Shown here: positions 26,065 through 31,079 of the stretch, in pieces | Position numbering within the stretch: the first letter of the stretch is position 1 | Layout: every line of letters starts with the position of its first letter | Assembly: GCA_018242105.1 (NCBI GenBank) | Contig: JAFECP010000013.1 | Location: 40,650 to 72,649, forward strand | From: Pseudomonadota bacterium | Lineage (GTDB): Bacteria; Pseudomonadota; Alphaproteobacteria; Micropepsales; Micropepsaceae | DNA length: 32,000 nucleotides | Direction: 5' to 3' | Position numbers and translations under genes: made by a program | The notes under the pieces: generated by a model | What the model saw: only the letters and a program-made list of their open reading frames with translations | What the model was told of the DNA's origin: nothing | Database searches by the model: none

Positions 26065-26090
26065 ACTCCGCGACTCCGCGGCTCCGCGTG
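26065..26090. repeat. Right arm of the 26-nt long-range inverted repeat (three CTCCGCG units)
   Basis: ACTCCGCGACTCCGCGGCTCCGCGTG lies 5 nt downstream of the g13 stop in mRNA sense. Confidence 0.6.
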
Positions 26091-26095
26091 ATTTT

Positions 26096-26977
26096 CTAGT
26101 TTCCATATCTGCTGCCTCCATCCATCGGCTGGCTGGCGGTGGGATAGGCCAGCACCGCGTCGTTGCCGGGCATGTAGGGGAAGCCGCGGAAGTTGATCGC
26201 GTTGTTGAACTTGCTCTTGCAGGTGGCAAATTGCTTGTCGCATCCGGCGGTGATGGTGAAGGCATCGCCCGCCACGACCGCCTCGCTCATGGACTGCCAG
26301 AGCTCGATGGCGACGCCGGTGTGACGCTTCACTTCCATGGCGCGGCCCTTGTTCGCGCCGCCGGTCCACACAAGCTTGCCGCCGGTGAACCAGCCATCGC
26401 CGAAACTGCCGAGGCCGCTGACGGTGAAACGCCGCGCATCCGTGGCGCTGACCACCGCGCCGTCCGCACGGAATGCAGCGCGCGTGAGGTCGATGGTGCA
26501 GCGCGCATCGCCCAGATCGGCGTCGCAGCCATAGCCGAAGCAGCGCCCGACCGGCTGGTTCAAGATGTGGGCGAGCCCGCGCACCTCCGCCGTGAAGGCG
26601 CATACCCCACGTTTAACCTCGCCAAGATTTCCCTTGCGCATGAGCACGCGCTGGCTCACGTCGCTCCAATTCACGCGCCAGATCTCGATGCTCGCGTTGT
26701 CATAGAGACCGGCGGCAAGATCGGCGTCGTTGAGCGTGGACGACGACAGCGCGCCACTGACGGAGAGATTGTCGATCGCCAGATCGAGCAGGGACTGCAC
26801 TTCGGTGGCCGTGAAACCGGACGCGGCTTCATAGGTGACGCCATCGAAAGTCAGATCGGCATCGTGATCGGTGAAGCCTTGGGTAGCGCCATCGTTGCGC
26901 GCTATTTTCCAGCACCAGCACAAGGTGGTGGCGCCGCTATCGAGATGCGCCTGCATGCCTTCCGGCAAATTTTTCAT
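26096..26977 (-). CDS. g13: GTA g13 homologue (DUF2163 plus BR0599-type C-terminal domain, baseplate hub)
   Basis: MKNLPEGMQAHLDSGATTLCWCWKIARNDGATQGFTDHDADLTFDGVTYEAASGF... and C-terminal CDKQFATCKSKFNNAINFRGFPYMPGND. I prefer ATG 26977 (GGAG 7 nt upstream) over the track start 26995. Confidence 0.88.
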   Translation of the reverse strand: MKNLPEGMQAHLDSGATTLCWCWKIARNDGATQGFTDHDADLTFDGVTYEAASGFTATEVQSLLDLAIDNLSVSGALSSSTLNDADLAAGLYDNASIEIWRVNWSDVSQRVLMRKGNLGEVKRGVCAFTAEVRGLAHILNQPVGRCFGYGCDADLGDARCTIDLTRAAFRADGAVVSATDARRFTVSGLGSFGDGWFTGGKLVWTGGANKGRAMEVKRHTGVAIELWQSMSEAVVAGDAFTITAGCDKQFATCKSKFNNAINFRGFPYMPGNDAVLAYPTASQPMDGGSRYGN

Positions 26978-27004
26978 TTCATGCTCCATTGTCATGGTGA
27001 GAGA

Positions 27005-27631
27005 CTAGAGAGCCACTTCCACAAGAGGTATCGACGGAATCTCGCCCGCCGAGAAATTCGCCAGGTTGATCGAGAGCTGATCGGTGTCGAAGCGGACCGG
27101 CGTGTCGAAGGCGAAGCCCGCCGTGATCGCCGCGCCGCGGGCGGGTGGAGTGGTGAAGGTGACGAGGCCGGTGATGGAATCCACTCCGAAGCCGGTTGTT
27201 TGCGTGATTCCATCCACCGCGACGGTCACCGAACCGGCGGCGGGCTTCTTGATAATCCGCGTCCAGCTTGCGGGGCCGGAGGTATAGACCTTCTTCAACG
27301 GGAAGACAGTCGTACTGCCGTCGCCGGTGCCCAATGGCTGATCGGTGGCGGCGACGGTGCCGCCCGGCGCGCAGGATTGGTTGTCGGTGAAATCCTGCAG
27401 GCGGAATCCGTAAAGCCGGCCCATGCGCGCTTCGAAGAAGGCGATGACGGCGTGAAGGTCGTCCAGCGTCTTCACGCCGAAGCCGACATCGTAGGCGCGG
27501 CGGGAATTGGCCCACACCGCGTTGCGCTCCTCGAAACCGGAACCGAGCGTGACGATCTCCGTCTTGCGCGCCGGCCCCGCCGTGGAATGCATGGCGATGG
27601 AAGTAGGGAACTGAATTTCGTGGAAGTTCAT
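27005..27631 (-). CDS. g12: GTA g12 homologue (DUF2460 / TIGR02217-type distal tail protein)
   Basis: Track ORF 27005..27736 was trimmed to ATG 27631. MNFHEIQFPTSIAMHSTAGPARKTEIVTLGSGFEERNAVWANSRRAYDVGFGVKTLDDLHAVIAFFEARMGRLYGFRLQDFTD is the family N-terminus. Confidence 0.88.
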   Translation of the reverse strand: MNFHEIQFPTSIAMHSTAGPARKTEIVTLGSGFEERNAVWANSRRAYDVGFGVKTLDDLHAVIAFFEARMGRLYGFRLQDFTDNQSCAPGGTVAATDQPLGTGDGSTTVFPLKKVYTSGPASWTRIIKKPAAGSVTVAVDGITQTTGFGVDSITGLVTFTTPPARGAAITAGFAFDTPVRFDTDQLSINLANFSAGEIPSIPLVEVAL

Positions 27632-27667
27632 GGTAGTCTCTGTTGCGAGTTGATCGAAGCTGCTGGC

Positions 27668-27922
27668 ATGACACCGAAGCCCTGGTTCAGGTTTTTCTCC
27701 AAATGGGGACTGCCGTATCTCATCCTTCCCATTCATCCGATGGGATGCGGATTGATTTTGGCATTCATGTTTGGCGCTCTCGCTTGGGGAGCATTTTGCA
27801 TGTTCTGCAGGGGCGTCGGCCTGTTATCAGACAGCTTCGTTCCTGCAGTGCTCTTTTTGCCGCTCCTGTTTGCGTACATTCTCTTCATGCGGACTGTGCT
27901 CGAACATTCTGAGAAAAAATGA
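27668..27922 (+). CDS. Candidate small hydrophobic protein (84 aa) on the opposite strand, inside a low-GC insert between g11 and g12
   Basis: This is the last 84 codons of track ORF 25853..27922: MTPKPWFRFFSKWGLPYLILPIHPMGCGLILAFMFGALAWGAFCMFCRGVGLLSDSFVPAVLFLPLLFAYILFMRTVLEHSEKK. It has two clear hydrophobic helices and AT-rich third positions. There is no convincing SD, so coding status is unproven. Confidence 0.4.
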   Translation: MTPKPWFRFFSKWGLPYLILPIHPMGCGLILAFMFGALAWGAFCMFCRGVGLLSDSFVPAVLFLPLLFAYILFMRTVLEHSEKK

Positions 27923-27935
27923 ATAGCGGTCGCTG

Positions 27936-28472
27936 CTAAAGATTCCTCTGTCCTCTCGCCAACGCTCTGCTCATCATCGCGGCGATCTGGCTTTCGCTTT
28001 TCAGGAAGCTTTGCGCGTCGCGGGCGTTCACGTTCAGCACGATGGAGGCGCGCGACGGCGCGGCGAGATTGGCGTTCGAGGTGATGGCGCCGTTCTCGCT
28101 CGGCGTGAACAGTTCCGGGCCTTGCTCGCCGACGAGATAGGTCGCGCCCGGCGTGACAGGGCCGCCCACCGCGCGGCCACCGGCGACATCGAACAGCGAA
28201 CTCGCCAGATCGGAGATCAATCCTTCCACGGGCTTGGCGATGAAATCCTTCACCGCCACGCGGTCGAAGTCGGCCAGGATCGCGTCCACCATTTCGCTCA
28301 TCGAGGTTTTGCCGCTCACGGCGGCGCGCGCGATGGTGTTCGCCACAGAATTGAAGCTGGAATTCACCGTGCGCTCGATGGCGGCGCTGGTGGAGGCCAC
28401 CGGGCCGTTCGCGAAATCGGCGAAGGCTTGCGCCGCATCGTTCAGCACAGAGTCGATTGCATTATTGCTCAT
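27936..28472 (-). CDS. g11: GTA g11 homologue, short tail tape measure protein (178 aa)
   Basis: MSNNAIDSVLNDAAQAFADF... with the conserved TYLVGEQGPELFTPSENGAI motif. The short length fits a GTA-type short tail. Confidence 0.85.
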   Translation of the reverse strand: MSNNAIDSVLNDAAQAFADFANGPVASTSAAIERTVNSSFNSVANTIARAAVSGKTSMSEMVDAILADFDRVAVKDFIAKPVEGLISDLASSLFDVAGGRAVGGPVTPGATYLVGEQGPELFTPSENGAITSNANLAAPSRASIVLNVNARDAQSFLKSESQIAAMMSRALARGQRNL

Positions 28473-28569
28473 CGGGATAGGCTTTCATCATCTGCTCGAA
28501 ATCGGCGCGGGGGAGCGGGGCGCGCGGTTTTGCACCCGCGCACGCCGCGTTCCATTCGATCACGCTCAT
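28462..28569 (-). CDS. g10.1: GTA g10.1 homologue (rcc01693-like), minimal ATG-initiated form. The conserved frame extends upstream without a start codon.
   Basis: ATG 28569 gives MSVIEWNAACAGAKPRAPLPRADFEQMMKAYPDEQ. The stop TAA 28464..28462 overlaps the g11 start. The same frame is open upstream to at least 28740, reading ...PFGRWRQRLAFGLGRLKLSPNDFWS, and contains no ATG, GTG or TTG. Confidence 0.55.
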   Translation of the reverse strand: MSVIEWNAACAGAKPRAPLPRADFEQMMKAYPDEQ

Positions 28570-28595
28570 GCTCCAGAAATCATTTGGCGACAGCT

Positions 28596-28946
28596 TCAGG
28601 CGGCCGAGGCCGAAGGCGAGCCTTTGCCGCCAGCGGCCAAAGGGTCGCTCACCTCGCGGTTCACCAGCGCGAACACATCGGCGATGGCCTGCACGATGGT
28701 GGCCAGATCGACAGGCAGCCTGAGCACATCGTTCGCCGTCACGTCATGCCCGCCCGCGCGCAACAGTGCCGCGGCAACGGCGGCGATGTCCCCGGTGGCG
28801 AAGGATTTGAGGCGCGTAGCGAGATCCGAAAGGCTCGCCACGTTGAACGCAGCTTCGATCTCGGCCAATGCGCCGAGCGTGAGCCGCATCGTGAATTTCT
28901 CTCCTGCGGCCAGGAAGGATGTTTCGCCGCGAGCGGGGTTTGTCAT
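28596..28946 (-). CDS. g10: GTA g10 homologue (rcc01692-like, tail assembly chaperone-like), 116 aa
   Basis: Track ORF 28596..29096 was trimmed to ATG 28946, which has GGAGG 7 nt upstream. MTNPARGETSFLAAGEKFTMRLTLGALAEIEAAFNVASLSDLATRL... The extension in the track is read-through of repeat copy C. Confidence 0.8.
   Translation of the reverse strand: MTNPARGETSFLAAGEKFTMRLTLGALAEIEAAFNVASLSDLATRLKSFATGDIAAVAAALLRAGGHDVTANDVLRLPVDLATIVQAIADVFALVNREVSDPLAAGGKGSPSASAA
28638..28644 (-). other. Candidate -1 programmed frameshift heptamer C CCT TTG in the g10 zero frame
   Basis: The g10 codons GAC CCT TTG place CCCTTTG in X XXY YYZ phase. A -1 slip enters the g10.1 frame. A GC stem GGCGGC...GCCGCC starts 6 nt downstream. 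Confidence 0.35.
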
Positions 28947-28963
28947 TTGGTTTCCTCCATAAA

Positions 28964-29092
28964 TTCCCCCCCCGTTTACGGGGGAGGTGCTGAGCGCGCA
29001 CCTCGCGCGCGAAGTGGAGGGGGACTGTCGCGCGGGCGGCCCCCTCCAGCTCACCTCGTTCGCGTCCTCCCCCGTAAACGGGGGAGGAAAAA
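28964..29092. repeat. Nested-palindrome repeat, copy C (intergenic, between the g9 stop and the g10 start)
   Basis: TTCCCCCCCCG-TTTA-CGGGGGAGG + TGCTGAGCGCGCACCTCGCGCGCGAAGTGGAGGGGG + loop + CCCCCTCCAGCTCACCTCGTTCGCG + TCCTCCCCCG-TAAA-CGGGGGAGGAAAAA. Confidence 0.88.
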
Positions 29093-29509
29093 TCATGCGC
29101 TTGTGAACGCGAGGGCACCCGCCGACGCCAATGTCATGCTGAGCTTCAACTCCCCGTCATACGGCCCGTCATAGGCGAGCGCGGTGAGCTTGAACGGGCC
29201 TTGCACCGTGCCGAAGCTCGGGATGACGATCTGATAATTGGTCAGCGCCTGGTTGAAGAACGCCGTTCGCAGCGCCGCGTCCGACACGGCATCCTTGAAC
29301 ACGCCGCTGCCGGAGATGGACGCGGATTTCACGCCGCCGCCATCCAGCAGTTCGCGCCACTGATCGGCGGAGTCCGCATTGGTGACGTCCACCGTCTGCG
29401 CATTGAACGACAGCGTCGTGGCGCGCAATCCGGCGACGGTGGTGAAATTCTCCGGCGACGCACCATCGCCGATCTTGATGAGCAGGTCTTTGCCTTTTTG
29501 AGCAGTCAT
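29093..29509 (-). CDS. g9: GTA g9 homologue, major tail (tube) protein, TP901-1 family
   Basis: Track ORF 29093..29530 was trimmed to ATG 29509: MTAQKGKDLLIKIGDGASPENFTTVAGLRATTLSFNAQTVDVTNADSADQWRELLDGGGVKSASISGSGVFKD. Confidence 0.88.
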   Translation of the reverse strand: MTAQKGKDLLIKIGDGASPENFTTVAGLRATTLSFNAQTVDVTNADSADQWRELLDGGGVKSASISGSGVFKDAVSDAALRTAFFNQALTNYQIVIPSFGTVQGPFKLTALAYDGPYDGELKLSMTLASAGALAFTSA

Positions 29510-29534
29510 TTCTCTTCTCTCTTTCAACAACTGT

Positions 29535-29643
29535 TGTCATCCCGGAAGCGGAGCGCAGCGAAGCTATCCGGGACCCATTGTGCCGCGTGCGCGATGGGTC
29601 CCGGCTCGGCGCGATGCGTCCGCATCGCTTGGCCGGGATGACA
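29535..29643. repeat. GTCATCCCGG-type palindromic repeat, copy E (intergenic, g8-g9)
   Basis: Perfect 11-bp termini TGTCATCCCGG...CCGGGATGACA. Inner stems GGGACCCAT-N15-ATGGGTCCC and GCGATGCG-TCC-GCATCGC. It contains the 13-mer GAGCGCAGCGAAG, which is also present in copy B of the other family. Confidence 0.72.
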
Positions 29644-29649
29644 GTGGTG

Positions 29650-30060
29650 TTATGCCGGCTCGGTCACAGCTCTGAACCGCAGCGTTGCGCTGTAGGTTTC
29701 GCCGTCCGTCTCCCGCGCGTAATCGCAATTCAGAAACCGCAGATCCACCAGCGCGTGGCCGTTGAGCGAGAGGGTGGCGTTGTTGAGCCGGAAGCGGATC
29801 GCATCGGCGATGCTCTTGCTCTCCGCGTGGCCGCCATTGCGCGACCAGGCGGTGACGGCGAAGACATGCTCGCTGCCCTCTTCCGTCGCGGTGCCGGCGT
29901 TGGTCTCCTTGCCGTCGCCCAGCACCGCATAGGGAAAGGACGCGCCGCGCGGCACGGCATCGTAAATCCGCGGCGGCGTGCCGAGCAGCGACTGGATCGT
30001 CCCGTCGCCGGACAGCGCCGCGAACACCGCGCCCTGCAACGCGAAGCTGGCGTTGGTCAT
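29650..30060 (-). CDS. g8: GTA g8 homologue (DUF3168-type tail completion protein)
   Basis: Track ORF 29650..30327 was trimmed to ATG 30060, which overlaps the g7 stop as ATGA. MTNASFALQGAVFAALSGDGTIQSLLGTPPRIYDAVPRGASFPYAVLGDG... Confidence 0.82.
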   Translation of the reverse strand: MTNASFALQGAVFAALSGDGTIQSLLGTPPRIYDAVPRGASFPYAVLGDGKETNAGTATEEGSEHVFAVTAWSRNGGHAESKSIADAIRFRLNNATLSLNGHALVDLRFLNCDYARETDGETYSATLRFRAVTEPA

Positions 30061-30365
30061 GGCAGTTCCTCGCATTCGAGCGTGAGATAGTTGCCGCCGC
30101 CGTCCAGCACCGCATGGATGCGGAAGTTGCGCGTGCCGATGGCGGCTCGCTGGCCGGTGGCAATCGCGGCGTTGCGGCGGATGATGAGCTTGTGGCGCAC
30201 GCGGCTTTCCACCGCGTCCGGCCCATAGACATCGCCGCCGGATTGTGGCGCGATCCGCGTCCATAGCGTTGCGACGGTGTTCCAGCTTTCGCTGTAACCG
30301 CCGCCGCCGTCGGGAATCATCGTGCACGCGAGAACGCGCGCGCGCTGGTTCAGTTCGCCGATCAC
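30057..30365 (-). CDS. g7: GTA g7 homologue, head-tail adaptor (TIGR01563-like)
   Basis: (M)IGELNQRARVLACTMIPDGGGGYSESWNTVATLWTRIAPQSGGDVYG... The GTG start 30365..30363 overlaps the g6 stop as GTGA. Confidence 0.85.
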   Translation of the reverse strand: MIGELNQRARVLACTMIPDGGGGYSESWNTVATLWTRIAPQSGGDVYGPDAVESRVRHKLIIRRNAAIATGQRAAIGTRNFRIHAVLDGGGNYLTLECEELP

Positions 30366-30922
30366 AGCTTCACCACGCGATAAGGGGCCAGAAGCGCGAG
30401 CGCATCCTGCGGAAGTTCCGCCGCTTCGTCGCCGCGATGGGCGTAAAGCACGGCGGCGATTTGCAGGATCGCCTGCTGGAGCGGCGCGGGAACGTCGCTT
30501 GCCGCGCCATAACCGGCGGTGAAGGCAATCGCGATGGCGTTCAGCGCGCGCAGATTCACCGGTGGCGAAGCGTTTGGCTTCAGCGCCAGCCGCGCGGGCG
30601 ATGCGGCGCTATCGAATTGATAAGTTGAAGCATCGAGAACGATTGGCGTGCCGTCCATCGCATAGGCCGTGACCGACGCCACGCTTTGCAGCGGCGGCAA
30701 CGGAATCTCGACGATGCCGTTGCAGGGCCAACCATCGAGCCAGAGCGTCCAGCTCTGCGTGACGAAGGCGCGGCCGGTGTTCCACTCGGCGCGGGCGCGC
30801 GCGGCGGCGATGAGCGACGTAATCAGCGCGTCGTCATCTGTGGTGTCGACGCGCAAATGCGCTTTCGCCTGATCGAGCGTGATGGGCTCGGCGGAGGGCG
30901 GGGTGGTGAGTTGTAAAGACAT
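30362..30922 (-). CDS. g6: GTA g6 homologue, gp6-like head-tail connector
   Basis: Track ORF 30362..31030 was trimmed to ATG 30922: MSLQLTTPPSAEPITLDQAKAHLRVDTTDDDALITSLIAAARARAEWNTGRAFVTQSWTLWLDGWP. The extension in the track is read-through of repeat copy D. Confidence 0.85.
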   Translation of the reverse strand: MSLQLTTPPSAEPITLDQAKAHLRVDTTDDDALITSLIAAARARAEWNTGRAFVTQSWTLWLDGWPCNGIVEIPLPPLQSVASVTAYAMDGTPIVLDASTYQFDSAASPARLALKPNASPPVNLRALNAIAIAFTAGYGAASDVPAPLQQAILQIAAVLYAHRGDEAAELPQDALALLAPYRVVKL

Positions 30923-30930
30923 GATGATCC

Positions 30931-31071
30931 TTTCCTCCCCCGCTTTGCGGGGGAGGTGCCGAACGAATGTGAGGCGGAGGGGGTGGCTGCGGCGAAGCAA
31001 GTTCTGCTCTGCTATCGCCACCCCCTCCACCGCTTCGCGGTCCCCCTCCCCCGTAAAACGGGGGAGGAAAA
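30931..31071. repeat. Nested-palindrome repeat, copy D (intergenic, between the g5 stop and the g6 start)
   Basis: TTTCCTCCCCCG-CTTTG-CGGGGGAGG + TGCCGAACGAATGTGAGGCGGAGGGGG + ~40-nt loop + CCCCCTCCACCGCTTCGCGG + TCCCCCTCCCCCG-TAAAA-CGGGGGAGGAAAA. Confidence 0.88.
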
Positions 31072-31079
31072 GCGCCGCG

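Noticed and set aside
25853-27667. First ~605 codons of the 689-aa + ORF 25853..27922
   Set aside because: Antisense to g14, g13 and g12. Only the last 84 codons, in the low-GC insert, fall outside known genes and were kept as a low-confidence candidate.
28947-29096. N-terminal extensions of track ORFs that read through repeats. Examples: MIFPPPFTGEDANEVS... on g10, and likewise 30923..31030 on g6, 25939..26265 on g14, 25338..25463 on the TPR gene and 24596..24664 on g15.
   Set aside because: The extensions translate palindromic repeats or intergenic DNA. Internal ATGs with good SDs coincide with the conserved family N-termini.
20517-31071. Recurrent peptide strings (SSPVYGGGG, SPVNGGG, LPRKRGRK, FPPPFTGE) in many track ORFs, which could suggest a shared protein domain
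   Set aside because: They are the same DNA repeat translated in different frames and strands. Only in g14 does a copy lie inside a real CDS.
20517-31071. CRISPR array interpretation of the repeated GC-rich palindromes
   Set aside because: The copies are 81-141 bp composite palindromes, kilobases apart, separated by protein-coding genes and not regularly spaced. No cas genes are present in the window.
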